Part shown: positions 18,124 to 27,732 of the stretch, piece by piece
How positions within the stretch are numbered: the first letter of the stretch is position 1
Layout: each line of letters starts with the position of its first letter
From: Lachnospiraceae bacterium
GTDB lineage: Bacteria; Bacillota; Clostridia; Lachnospirales; Lachnospiraceae
Assembly (NCBI GenBank): GCA_009777715.1
Contig: WRLH01000017.1
Coordinates: forward strand, 2,191-66,190
Direction: 5' to 3'
Length of the DNA: 64,000 nt
The notes under the pieces: generated by a model
The model's database searches: none
What the model was told of the DNA's origin: nothing
What the model saw: only the letters and a program-made list of their open reading frames with translations
Program-made: the position numbers and the translations under genes

Positions 18124-18323
18124 ATAACTCCTAAACGTGCGTTCTTTAACAATGTCTATGCGCTATTAAGACAAATAATGCAAGTACAAAAAAATAGGGA
18201 ATCCAAAAAAAAAGAAAAATCGAGATTGGTAGATAAGCCCGATTTTTCTAATTGGTGCCGATAAACGATTCTTTAATGGGATTAACGCAATGTGTCCTGC
18301 GCATGAACGCGAATTACGCAATC

Positions 18324-18364
18324 AAAAGGTACTGCCCTCTGCAGGCCGGGCAGTACCTTTTTTT
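18324..18364 (-). terminator. Rho-independent terminator directly after rpsU
   Basis: On the coding strand: AAGGTACTGCCC-GGCCTGCAGA-GGGCAGTACCTTTT. It starts at the rpsU stop codon. Confidence 0.8.
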
Positions 18365-18539
18365 AATTAAATTTTCGTTTTCTCGCTGCTTCTGATTTCT
18401 TCTTGCGTCTGACGCTCGGTTTCTCATAATGCTCGCGCTTTCTGATTTCCTGCTGGATACCAGCTTTCGCGCAGCTTCTCTTAAAGCGGCGTAAGGCACT
18501 ATCTAAAGTTTCATTTTCTTTTACGATAACACTTGACAT
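18363..18539 (-). CDS. rpsU: 30S ribosomal protein S21
   Basis: Below the ORF-track size cutoff. My translation is [58 protein letters not shown] (58 aa). GGGAGG lies upstream. The track ORF 18314-18499 is an out-of-frame shadow of this gene. Confidence 0.93.
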   Translation of the reverse strand: MSSVIVKENETLDSALRRFKRSCAKAGIQQEIRKREHYEKPSVRRKKKSEAARKRKFN

Positions 18540-18637
18540 TTTCCAACCCTCCCTTCAGCCCCAAAATCTCACGACTGCTGGGTTTTTCGCAAATTATACT
18601 TGCACTTTCTATATTATAAACATAAACTATATGCTCG

Positions 18638-19528
18638 TCAAGGGTTAATTTGCAGTTGCACAAAATCCGTGATATCAATTGATTGGGCAAAAATGCCGAT
18701 GCCTACGCAAAACAAAAGCACCGACAACGCAATCACGGCAAATTTATCCTTCTTGTTTTTGCGTTCGGGATTTAGTAATTTTCCGGCGCAAAAGTATAGG
18801 ACTGGCGCAAGTGCCGAAAGGACAAGATAAACGCCGACAAATTCAAGCTCAATTGTCACCGCTATGTCAATTTCGGCGACCGTAAATGAGCTATATCCGG
18901 CTGAAAGCGAAACAGCGTTATTCAGAAAATGATATAAGACCGGAAGCAAAAAGTTTTTTGTCCTAATCATCAGGTATGTAATGACAAAGCCCAAAATTGC
19001 CGTTGGCAAAAACCGATAAACATCAAGGTGGAAAAGCCCGAAGATGACCGCAACGATTAACATCACCCAAAATTCGCTCTTTATCTTTTTGAGCGTGAAT
19101 AAAATCGTCCCCCGGAATAAAACCTCTTCACAAATCCCCGGCATTACCGCAACAATAAAAAACGCCGCAATAAACGGGACTGACGCAAAGAAACTGCCCA
19201 GCGCATTGCTGACTTCCAGCATTCCGGGGAAAAAATATGCCGTTATCATCGTTACCGCATTAACGAAAATAAAAGTCGCAGCATACAGAAGTATTGTCCC
19301 AAAAAAATGCTTGGCGGTGATTTTTTTGATTGGCAATACTTCGCTTAATTTCCATTTAAATAGAAGCGGCGCAGCCAGTGCAATCAAAAGCAAGCCCAGC
19401 TGTGTCAGCATAAGCCCATACATTCCCCAATTCATCTGCATTGGGGTTGCGCCAAAGATAAGGAAAAGTAGCGCGATTGCTAATACTAAAGCTCCGATAT
19501 ACCATTGGGGGGTTATTTTTTTCTGCAT
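18638..19528 (-). CDS. CPBP-family intramembrane glutamic endopeptidase (CAAX protease-like)
   Basis: Multi-pass membrane protein with motifs EEVLFRG, FGLFH and HFLNN. The track ORF reaches 19636 by reading into a repeat. ATG 19528 (MQKKITPQWY) has AAGGAG 10 nt upstream. ATG 19537 and ATG 19549 are alternative starts. Confidence 0.8.
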   Translation of the reverse strand: MQKKITPQWYIGALVLAIALLFLIFGATPMQMNWGMYGLMLTQLGLLLIALAAPLLFKWKLSEVLPIKKITAKHFFGTILLYAATFIFVNAVTMITAYFFPGMLEVSNALGSFFASVPFIAAFFIVAVMPGICEEVLFRGTILFTLKKIKSEFWVMLIVAVIFGLFHLDVYRFLPTAILGFVITYLMIRTKNFLLPVLYHFLNNAVSLSAGYSSFTVAEIDIAVTIELEFVGVYLVLSALAPVLYFCAGKLLNPERKNKKDKFAVIALSVLLFCVGIGIFAQSIDITDFVQLQINP

Positions 19529-19554
19529 TTTGTTCATGCTCCTTTTCATTTTCC

Positions 19555-20001
19555 GCGTGAGGATTCTTTGCACTTCAATGCAGACCCGCTTTCGCTCGAT
19601 GTAAAACGTTGCGTTACATAAGTTCGTCAAAAACACGAACTATGTAACGACGTTTTACAACGGTCTGCGTTTGAAGTCAAAAATCCTCTCGCGAATACAC
19701 TACGCCGCGAGGGCGAAAGTGCGGTTCATAAGGCCGGGCCTTGAGATATCGTCAAAACGATTCTCTCGGAGCGAAAGCGTCCCGGACGATGAAGCGACAG
19801 CTTTCGTCCACGCGGAAAGATTCGCATTTGCATTGAAGTACAAAGAATCCTTACGCGGAAAAAATCCGGACGATGAAGCGACAGCTTTCCTCCACGCGGA
19901 AAGATTCGCGTCTGCATTGAAGTGCAAAGAATCCTCACGCGGAAAAAATCCAGACGGTGAAGCGACAGCTTTCGCCTACGCGGAAAGATTCGCGCCTCCT
20001 T
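19555..20001. repeat. Mosaic repeat array downstream of alaS: 138-nt long hairpin (19555-19692), a collapsed H-module, then an 84-bp unit x2.6 (19782-20001)
   Basis: Hairpin arms are GCGTGAGGATTCTTTGCACTTCAATGCAGACC and GGTCTGCGTTTGAAGTCAAAAATCCTCTCGC, around TTGCGTTACATAAGTTCG...CGAACTATGTAACGA. Unit starts are at 19782, 19866 and 19950. Confidence 0.85.
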
Positions 20002-20005
20002 TTGG

Positions 20006-22651
20006 CTACTCGCCGCCAGCGATCTGCGTCCGCAAAACCTTCTCTGCTTCGCTTAACGCTTCATCTATTCCGGCGGGATTTTTCCCTCCGGCCTGTGCCA
20101 TGCCTGGCCGTCCGCCGCCGCCGCCGCCGACTAGCGGAGCGATAGCCTTAATCAGATTCCCGGCATGGGCGCCTTTTGCTTGCGCTTTCTCGTCTGCCAT
20201 CGCCATTAGGTTTACTTTTCCGTCATTATCAGAAATGATTAAAATAACACCTGTTATTAATCGTTCTTTTTGCTGGTCGCCCAGCTCACGCAATCCATTC
20301 ATGTCAACGCCCGAGACTTTTACGGCCAGCAGTTTTACCCCGCCTAAATCAACTGCCTGATTCGCCACGTCACCTAACGCATTTTTGGCGGCCTTGCTCT
20401 TAAGCGATTCATTTTCACTATTAAGGCGTTTGATTTCATTAACCAAGCTCTCAACTTTATCCTTTAGGGCAGACGGTGTGGATTTTAGGCTGCGGGACAC
20501 ATCAAGCAAGACCTGTTCAATCTGCCAATAATACTCAAAAACGCCCCGGCCGGTTAAGGCCTCAATCCGGCGTACCCCGGCGGCAATCCCCGTTTCGGAA
20601 ATGATTTTAAAAGCCGTAATCGCGCTACTGTTTCCAACATGAGTCCCGCCGCATAATTCAACGGAATCACCCATCTCTACAACCCGGACATTTTCGCCAT
20701 ATTTTTCACCAAACAAAGCCATCGCGCCTTTTTCACGGGCTTTGGCTAAAGCCATTGTTTCAATATGAACCTCGATATTTTCAGCGATTTTTTCATTAAC
20801 AATTTTTTCAACGGTGCTGATCTCTTCGTCAGTAAGCGCAGAAAAATGGCTAAAATCAAACCTCAAACGGTCCTTATCAACATAAGAGCCAGCCTGTTCA
20901 ACATGAGTCCCCAGCACCAAGCGCAGAGCCTTTTGCAACAAATGGGTTGCGCTATGGTTTTTACAAATATCATTGCGGCTGTCAGGGTCAACGCTTAGCA
21001 TGGCGTTATCGCCAATTTTTAACATTCCACTAATTACTTTTCCCAGATGGCCGATTTTATCCCCGGTTAGTTTTATTGTTTCGCTAACAAGAAATTCGCC
21101 GTCCGCTGATTTGATGATGCCGCAATCGCCATTTTGGCCGCCGCCAGTTGGATAAAAACACGTCCGTTCAGTTATGACCGTCCCATTTTGGCCATCGGTT
21201 AAAGCTTCGGTCACTTCGCTATCGGTTGTCAGGGCGGTAATGTTTGCCTGGCAATCAAGGCTTAAATAGCCCGAAAATTCTGTTTTGAGGGCTGGATTAA
21301 GTTTTTCGTAAACGGTCGGGTCCGCTCCCATATAATTTGAGTCCTTGCGGGCTTTCCTTGCTTTATCCTGTTGCTCTTTCATAAAAGCATTAAAGCCGTC
21401 AACATCAACGCTAAAGCCTTTTTCCGCCATTATTTCAATCGTTAAGTCAAGCGGGAAACCAAAGGTGTCGTAAAGCTTAAACGCTTGCTGGCCGGATAAT
21501 TCCGTGCTTTTTTCATTTTTCATCTTTGTTTCGATTTCTAAAAGAATGGAAAGGCCTTGGTCAATCGTGCTGTTAAATTTATGCTCTTCTTGCTTTAGGA
21601 CATTATTAATAAAATTTCTTTTTTCATTTAATTCCGGATAACCGTCTTTGCTGCCGTCAATTACCTCATTGCCCAGCCCCACCAAAAAAGTACCCTGAAT
21701 CCCCAAAAGCCGCCCATGTCTTGCGGCCCGCCTGATTATTCTTCTAAGGACATAACCCCTGCCTTCATTGGTTGGCATGATTCCGTCAGAAATCATGAAC
21801 GTTGCGGAGCGGATATGGTCGGTGATAATCCGGATTGAAACGTCCCATTTATCCTTACTGCCATATTCTTTTAAAGCCAAGGCACAAACTTTTTCACGGA
21901 GCGAACGCATGGTATCAATGTCAAAAATCGATTCAACGTCCTGGACAGCCACCGCTAGGCGTTCCAAGCCCATTCCGGTATCGATGTTTTTTTGCTCAAG
22001 TTCGGTATAACCGCCTTTGCCGTCACCATCAAACTGGGTAAAAACGTTGTTCCAAATCTCAATATAGCGGTCACAGTCACAGCCGACCGTGCAATTTTTG
22101 CTTAAGCAGCCGTATTTTTCGCCGCGGTCATAATATACTTCCGAGCAAGGGCCGCAAGGACCTGCCCCATGCTCCCAAAAATTATCTTCTTTGCCAAAGC
22201 GGAAAATCCGCTCTTTGCTGATTCCGATTTCGTTTTCCCAAATCGCAAACGCTTCATCATCTTCAAGATATACAGAGGGATAAAGGCGGTTTGGGTCTAA
22301 ACCAATTATTTCGGTCAAAAATTCCCAGGTCCAGGCTAATGATTCGCGTTTGAAATAGTCGCCAAAGGAGAAGTTGCCGAGCATTTCAAAAAAAGTGCCG
22401 TGGCGGGCGGTTTTCCCAATGTTTTCGATATCGCCTGTGCGGATGCATTTTTGGCATGAAGCCGCCCGGTTTTTCGGGGGGATTGTTTGCCCGGTGAAGT
22501 AGGGTTTGAGGGGGGCCATTCCGGAATTTATCAAAAGCAGGCTATTATCATTATGCGGGACTAGGGACGCGCTTTTTAAGACGAGGTGGTCTTTGCTTTC
22601 AAAATAATCAAGAAACATTTTGCGCAGTTCGTTGACAGTGTAGGTTTTCAT
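20006..22651 (-). CDS. alaS: Alanine--tRNA ligase
   Basis: 881 aa. Has the class II core, an editing domain with the HSATHLL / CGGTH zinc motifs, and a C-terminal DHHA1-like region with a GGGGGG run. Confidence 0.96.
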   Translation of the reverse strand: MKTYTVNELRKMFLDYFESKDHLVLKSASLVPHNDNSLLLINSGMAPLKPYFTGQTIPPKNRAASCQKCIRTGDIENIGKTARHGTFFEMLGNFSFGDYFKRESLAWTWEFLTEIIGLDPNRLYPSVYLEDDEAFAIWENEIGISKERIFRFGKEDNFWEHGAGPCGPCSEVYYDRGEKYGCLSKNCTVGCDCDRYIEIWNNVFTQFDGDGKGGYTELEQKNIDTGMGLERLAVAVQDVESIFDIDTMRSLREKVCALALKEYGSKDKWDVSIRIITDHIRSATFMISDGIMPTNEGRGYVLRRIIRRAARHGRLLGIQGTFLVGLGNEVIDGSKDGYPELNEKRNFINNVLKQEEHKFNSTIDQGLSILLEIETKMKNEKSTELSGQQAFKLYDTFGFPLDLTIEIMAEKGFSVDVDGFNAFMKEQQDKARKARKDSNYMGADPTVYEKLNPALKTEFSGYLSLDCQANITALTTDSEVTEALTDGQNGTVITERTCFYPTGGGQNGDCGIIKSADGEFLVSETIKLTGDKIGHLGKVISGMLKIGDNAMLSVDPDSRNDICKNHSATHLLQKALRLVLGTHVEQAGSYVDKDRLRFDFSHFSALTDEEISTVEKIVNEKIAENIEVHIETMALAKAREKGAMALFGEKYGENVRVVEMGDSVELCGGTHVGNSSAITAFKIISETGIAAGVRRIEALTGRGVFEYYWQIEQVLLDVSRSLKSTPSALKDKVESLVNEIKRLNSENESLKSKAAKNALGDVANQAVDLGGVKLLAVKVSGVDMNGLRELGDQQKERLITGVILIISDNDGKVNLMAMADEKAQAKGAHAGNLIKAIAPLVGGGGGGRPGMAQAGGKNPAGIDEALSEAEKVLRTQIAGGE

Positions 22652-22691
22652 TGGGGGGGCTTCCTTTTTCTCTATTATTTTTGGGGGTTTT

Positions 22692-23404
22692 GCGTGAGGA
22701 TTCTTTGTCTCTGCGTTGTACGTTTACGGTTTCTCCGCGTGAGGATTCTTTGTCTCTGAGTTGTGCGTTTACGGTTTTCCGCGTGGGCGAAAGCTGTCGC
22801 TTCACCGTCCGGGACGCTTTCGCTCCGAGAGAATCATTGCGTTACATAAACTCACAAAATACGTGAGTTAAGTAACGATGATTCTCAAGGCCCGGCCTTA
22901 TGAACCGCACTTTCACCCTCACGGCTTAGCGCTATTCATATTTCAAGCCTCACGGCATAGGGTTGCGCTGTACGTTTGCCAATTCAACCTCACAGCGTGT
23001 GCTAGTCGTCTACCGTTTCAATCCTCACGGCATAGAGTTGCGCGAGAGGATTTTTGACTTCAAACGCAGACCGTTGTAAAACGTCGTTACTTAGTTCGTG
23101 CTTTTGACGAACTTATGTAACGCAACGTTTTACATCGAGCGAAAGCGCGTCTGCATTGAAGTGCAAAGAATCCTCCGTGTAGCATAAGCTTTCGCCCACG
23201 CGGATAGATCGCGCGTCTGCATTGAAGTGCAAAGAATCCTCCGCGTAGCATAAACTTTCGCCCACGCGGATAGATTGCGCGTCTGCATTGAAGTGCAAAG
23301 AATCCTCCGCGTAGCATAAGCTTTCGCCCAAGCGGTGAGATTGCGGGTACGCCCGCAATGACGTGTGGCCTGTGCGGATAGATTGCGGGTACGCCCGCAA
23401 TGAC
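22692..23404. repeat. Mosaic repeat array upstream of alaS: ~45-bp unit x2.3, H-module hairpin (22827-22886), four CCTCACGGC modules, 136-nt long hairpin (23042-23177), 66-bp unit x3 (23147-23344), two REP hairpins (23339-23362, 23381-23404)
   Basis: The modules are shared with 9511-9748 and 19555-20001. Unit starts are at 23147, 23213 and 23279. Confidence 0.85.
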
Positions 23405-23434
23405 AGCTCGCCGGAGTGACGGGCCACGCGCAAT

Positions 23435-24823
23435 CTAAAACGCGAACTTATCCGCGAAATAAGCCTCCAAATCCGCAATCGCAACCCTCTCCTGCTCCAT
23501 CGAATCACGAAACCTTACCGTTACGCTCTTGTCCTCTTCCGACTCAAAATCATAAGTAATGCAAAACGGCGTTCCAATCTCGTCCTGGCGGCGGTAACGC
23601 TTGCCAATATTTCCACGGTCGTCAAACTCACAATTATATCTCTTCGAAAGCAGGGCATAAATCTTTTCTGCTTCCTCATTAAGCTTTTTCGAAAGCGGGA
23701 AAATGCCAATTTTCACCGGGGCTAAAGCCGGGTGGAAATGAAGCACCGTCCGCATATCGCCATCACCTAAATCCTCTTCATCATAAGCCCCGCACAAAAA
23801 AGCCAGGAGCGTCCGGTCAACCCCAAGCGAGGGTTCGACCACATAAGGGACATAACGGATATTTTTTACATCATCAAAAAAAGATAAATCCTGCCCCGAA
23901 ACATTTTGATGCTGGGTAAGGTCGTAATCCGTCCGGTCAGCAATGCCCCAAAGTTCGCCCCAACCAAAGGGGAACAAAAACTCAATATCCGTTGTTGCTT
24001 TGGAATAAAAGGAAAGCTCTTCCTGGCCATGGTCACGAATCCGCATTTCCTCATCTTTCATGCCCAAATCCTTTAGCCACTTAATGCAAAAATCTTTCCA
24101 ATAAGCAAACCATAAAAGGTCGGTGTCCGGCTCACAAAAAAACTCAAGCTCCATCTGCTCAAACTCGCGTGTCCGGAAAATAAAATTGCCCGGCGTAATT
24201 TCATTGCGGAACGACTTGCCGATTTGGGCAATCCCAAAAGGCATTTTTTTCCGTGAGGTCCGTTGGACATTCTTAAAATTGACAAAAATGCCCTGGGCCG
24301 TTTCCGGGCGGAGGTAAACAACGTTTTTTGCATCCTCGGTTACGCCTTGGAAGGTTTTGAACATCAGATTAAACTGCCTGATGTCGGTAAAATTGTGCTT
24401 TCCGCAGGTCGGGCAAGGGACTTTATTTTTAATGATAAAATCATTCATTTTATCTAAATCCCAGCCGTCAAGGCCGCTTTCTAACTTAATTTCATTGGCG
24501 GCAACATAAGCTTCAATCGTCTGGTCAGCCCGCGACCTTGCCTTGCAGTCACGGCAATCCATCATTGGGTCGGAAAAGCTTTTAAGATGCCCCGAAGCTT
24601 CCCAAGTTTGCGGATTCATGATAATTGCGCTGTCCAAGCCGACATTATAAGGGCTTTCCATGACAAACTTCTGCCACCATGCTTTTTTGACATTATTCTT
24701 AAGCTCCACCCCTAAAGGGCCATAATCCCAGCTATTTGCCAGGCCGCCGTAAATCTCCGAGCCGGGATAAACAAAACCCCGCGCCTTTGCTAAAGCGACT
24801 ATTTTTTCCATTGTTTTTTCCAT
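23435..24823 (-). CDS. glyQS: Glycine--tRNA ligase (dimeric alpha2 type)
   Basis: 462 aa. [40 protein letters not shown] is typical of GlyQS, with class II motifs and a C-terminal anticodon-binding domain. Confidence 0.95.
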   Translation of the reverse strand: MEKTMEKIVALAKARGFVYPGSEIYGGLANSWDYGPLGVELKNNVKKAWWQKFVMESPYNVGLDSAIIMNPQTWEASGHLKSFSDPMMDCRDCKARSRADQTIEAYVAANEIKLESGLDGWDLDKMNDFIIKNKVPCPTCGKHNFTDIRQFNLMFKTFQGVTEDAKNVVYLRPETAQGIFVNFKNVQRTSRKKMPFGIAQIGKSFRNEITPGNFIFRTREFEQMELEFFCEPDTDLLWFAYWKDFCIKWLKDLGMKDEEMRIRDHGQEELSFYSKATTDIEFLFPFGWGELWGIADRTDYDLTQHQNVSGQDLSFFDDVKNIRYVPYVVEPSLGVDRTLLAFLCGAYDEEDLGDGDMRTVLHFHPALAPVKIGIFPLSKKLNEEAEKIYALLSKRYNCEFDDRGNIGKRYRRQDEIGTPFCITYDFESEEDKSVTVRFRDSMEQERVAIADLEAYFADKFAF

Positions 24824-24926
24824 ATATTATACTCATACTCCTTTCAAAATCTGGAAGCTTTGAACGTAGCCCATAATTTTAATCCGAATCCAGATTCGGT
24901 TCGAATCCATGATTCGGGTTTTCTTC

Positions 24927-25589
24927 TTACTTAAATAAAATATAAATCAGTTCATCGCTGACATCTAAAATCATAACCGAATTACGACCATGCCATGCCG
25001 CAATTCCATTGCTTACGTATGAAATTCTCCCAAAAACCTCAACCGAAAGCGGCCCGATTTCCCGGTGTTCATTGGTAATCAGGATAAAATAATCTTTCAT
25101 TGCGTCCAAATCGTCTTTATCGATGGTTTTTTCTTCATCATTGATATCATGCAAAATCTGGTTTAGCCTTAAACCACTATTTAAGGCTTCTTCAATTGTG
25201 CCGACGAAAAAAACCGCTTCATTATATAAAGCATATGCTTCACGGTCAGCAAATTTAAGGACGGCATTAACTATTTCTTCTTCCACAAGGACATTTTCGG
25301 CCGTCATGCTTTCCGTCCCGGTTTTTTCATTAAAAGCTAAAACTTCATCATTAATCATGTGATAAAGCTCATCGACATTATAATAATACTCGCTGAAGTT
25401 ATCCACCAAAGTCGCGGTTATGCTAAGGTCGCTATTTACTTTGATGGCATTTTCTAATTTGAAATCGGGAACGAAATCTTCCGTTTTATTGCACCCGGTT
25501 AAGGAAAATGCAATTAAAATAGCCAAAAAAGCCGGATAAATAATTTTCATTTTGCGTTGTTTCATATAAGCCTTTCTATTATTATCCAC
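24927..25589 (-). CDS. Hypothetical lipoprotein
   Basis: 220 aa. Has a signal peptide with the lipobox LTGC. I recognise no family. Confidence 0.5.
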   Translation of the reverse strand: MDNNRKAYMKQRKMKIIYPAFLAILIAFSLTGCNKTEDFVPDFKLENAIKVNSDLSITATLVDNFSEYYYNVDELYHMINDEVLAFNEKTGTESMTAENVLVEEEIVNAVLKFADREAYALYNEAVFFVGTIEEALNSGLRLNQILHDINDEEKTIDKDDLDAMKDYFILITNEHREIGPLSVEVFGRISYVSNGIAAWHGRNSVMILDVSDELIYILFK

Positions 25590-25784
25590 ACACCAAAAAA
25601 TGTGCTGGCATTGTTGCTAGAGACTGCTGTCGCGCAATCCCTTTTTCAAGTATAAACGACAAATGAAGCTTTTTCAACTATAACTGGCATTAAAATAAAA
25701 TTTTTCTTATGGGAAATATTTTGCGGTATAATTAAGCATAGGAAATTTACTTGCTAATATAGCTCTGACACACTACGAATTATT

Positions 25785-26468
25785 CTAGCATTCCCTTGGC
25801 TCTGACAAGCTTTCCAAAATCTCTAAGCTTTTTAATGATTTATCAATGAAGCGGAGGCGGAAAATATCCGCGATTTCTGCTATTTCAGCTAGAATTTCGG
25901 GCAGAACTTGAAAATTAAAGAGTTTTTCGATGCCTTGGCTTGTTATGTAATCAAGGGCAAAAATGGTCGGCTCTAAAAAATCTGCCGATTTTCCTACGCG
26001 CTTTGGCGGGCCGGGGTACTCGCCATTTAAACTTAAGGCTTTGATTTCAAAAACATAGCGGATTAGGCGGTTATCATATGCCTGATGGCTTAAGGCTTTT
26101 AAGGCTTGGTAAAGCAGATTAAGCATCATTTTTTCATCGTTATTTTCGCGGGTATAATAATCCATCAGCTCCAGAAAATACATTCCATAAAAAGCTGCTT
26201 CAAAATCTGACCTTAAATGAGGGAAGAAATTGCTTATTTCTGCTTCGCTTAAATTAAAGGAAGAGCGGCCATGATAGAGGGTAAAAATGCCAAAGCTAAA
26301 AGGATTGGTGGCCAGGAGCAGGCGGCTATTCTGCCGTCTTGCCCCTTTGGCAAAAGCCGCGATTTTCCCTTTTTCCCCGGTAAGCAGGACAATTCTTCTG
26401 TCATACTCCCCGATTGGCTCGGCTTTAAGGACAATGCCCGTGACTTTTTCGGTACTCAAGTCAATCAT
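25785..26468 (-). CDS. recO: DNA repair protein RecO
   Basis: 227 aa with an N-terminal OB-fold pattern (GIVLKAEPIGEYDRRIVLLTGEKGKI). Sits in the conserved era-yqzL-recO context. Confidence 0.85.
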   Translation of the reverse strand: MIDLSTEKVTGIVLKAEPIGEYDRRIVLLTGEKGKIAAFAKGARRQNSRLLLATNPFSFGIFTLYHGRSSFNLSEAEISNFFPHLRSDFEAAFYGMYFLELMDYYTRENNDEKMMLNLLYQALKALSHQAYDNRLIRYVFEIKALSLNGEYPGPPKRVGKSADFLEPTIFALDYITSQGIEKLFNFQVLPEILAEIAEIADIFRLRFIDKSLKSLEILESLSEPREC

Positions 26469-26604
26469 TTACCTTTCCAACGACTCTGCTCGTTTCATCA
26501 TTATTTTTTGCTTTCAAAAAATCCAAATAGTCACTGACCGTCCCCGATGTCAAGAAATGGTCCCATTCTTTTTCTTCTTCTGATCCCGGTATTCGATTAA
26601 GCAT
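26461..26604 (-). CDS. yqzL: YqzL-family small protein
   Basis: Below the ORF-track cutoff. My translation is MLNRIPGSEEEKEWDHFLTSGTVSDYLDFLKAKNNDETSRVVGKVND (47 aa). It has the F..TG.(V/I)..YL motif and the era/recO position typical of YqzL. Its stop overlaps the recO start by 8 nt. Confidence 0.7.
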   Translation of the reverse strand: MLNRIPGSEEEKEWDHFLTSGTVSDYLDFLKAKNNDETSRVVGKVND

Positions 26605-26827
26605 TTTTATTTCCACACTCCTTTGCTAAGTCATTAAAATTCCATGGAATTAATTTTCATATGAAAGCAATTCCAATGAAAGTAATTTCTTTTAACTCTA
26701 TATTGAAAGTATTTTTCATGAAAATCATCCCCATGACACTTAGGATTTCAAAAAATGCTTATTTTTATTCATAATACTGTTCCGCATAGTTGTTCAGCAC
26801 ATTGCTTCGCACATTGCTCCGCTGCCT

Positions 26828-27718
26828 TTAGTCATAATACGGCCGATAACCCAAATCCTTAAGCAAAAACTCACTGTCGCGCCAGTCTTTTTTGACTTTG
26901 ACCCACAGCTTTAAAAAAACTTTCTGCTTAAGCAGCTGCTCAATTTCATAGCGGGCGTTTGTGCCGATTTTTTTGAGCATTTCCCCGCTTTTTCCAATAA
27001 TAATCCGCTTGTGCGAATCGCGTTCACAAATAATCACCGCATTGATTTCATAAAGCTTGCCCTTTTTTTTCATTGTTTCGATGACCACCGTAATGCCGTG
27101 GGGGATTTCATCATTTAGGGTATGGAGTGCCTTTTCGCGGATCAGTTCCGCCACAATATGGCGTTCCGGCTGGTCGGTTAGGGCATCTTCTTCATAATAA
27201 GGTTCACCCTCCGGCAGGTAATCAACAATGCAGGAAACAAGCTTATCGGTATTGTCTTTTTCGCGGGCAGAAACCGGGATGATTTCCGCAAAATCCATTT
27301 CATTTCTGTAAACATCAATCACCCGGTAAAGCTCTTCTTTTTTGACCATGTCGATTTTATTTACCACCAAAATAACCGGAACGCGGACATTTTTGAGCTG
27401 TTCGATAATATGCCGCTCACCGCCGCCGATAAAGCTTACTGGCTCAACCAGCCACAGGATTAAATCAACGTCCCTTAAGCTTTGATTGGCAATATTTACC
27501 ATATATTCACCCAAGCGGTTTTTTGCCTTGTGAATGCCCGGAGTATCAAGAAAAATAATTTGGGCTCCGTCAAGGGTCAGGATTGCTTGAATGCAGTTCC
27601 TTGTTGTTTGCGGTTTATTTGAGGTAATGGCTATTTTTTGCCCGACCAGGCCGTTCATCAAAGTCGATTTCCCGACATTGGGACGGCCCAGCAGGGTCAC
27701 AAATCCGGATTTGTGCAT
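26828..27718 (-). CDS. era: GTPase Era
   Basis: 296 aa. G1 GRPNVGKST, G3 DTPG, G4 NKID, and a C-terminal KH domain. Confidence 0.95.
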   Translation of the reverse strand: MHKSGFVTLLGRPNVGKSTLMNGLVGQKIAITSNKPQTTRNCIQAILTLDGAQIIFLDTPGIHKAKNRLGEYMVNIANQSLRDVDLILWLVEPVSFIGGGERHIIEQLKNVRVPVILVVNKIDMVKKEELYRVIDVYRNEMDFAEIIPVSAREKDNTDKLVSCIVDYLPEGEPYYEEDALTDQPERHIVAELIREKALHTLNDEIPHGITVVIETMKKKGKLYEINAVIICERDSHKRIIIGKSGEMLKKIGTNARYEIEQLLKQKVFLKLWVKVKKDWRDSEFLLKDLGYRPYYD

Positions 27719-27732
27719 ATTTTGTCCTTTTT

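Noticed and set aside
22645-22665. A C7 run (coding strand) between the alaS Shine-Dalgarno sequence and ATG, as a possible spacing-based phase switch.
   Set aside because: It is only seven bases. An essential gene is an unlikely phase-variation target, and a +/-1 change would still leave workable SD spacing. I noted it but do not consider it supportable.
22652-23434. I searched the leaders of alaS, tyrS (11381-11521) and glyQS (24824-24926) for T-box riboswitches, and the metA leader (47060-47122) for an S-box/T-box.
   Set aside because: I found no T-box core (…GGTGGTACCGCG… or its complement) by eye. The tyrS, glyQS and metA spacers (about 60-140 nt) are too short for such leaders. A covariance-model scan (Rfam RF00230, RF00162) would be the decisive test.
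24880-24915. GGTTCGAATCC, a tRNA T-loop-like string.
   Set aside because: The surrounding sequence is a set of overlapping CCGAATC/GATTCGG hairpins. It has no acceptor, D or anticodon arms, and the length and context do not fit a tRNA. It is probably a terminator or alternative-hairpin region between the lipoprotein gene and glyQS.
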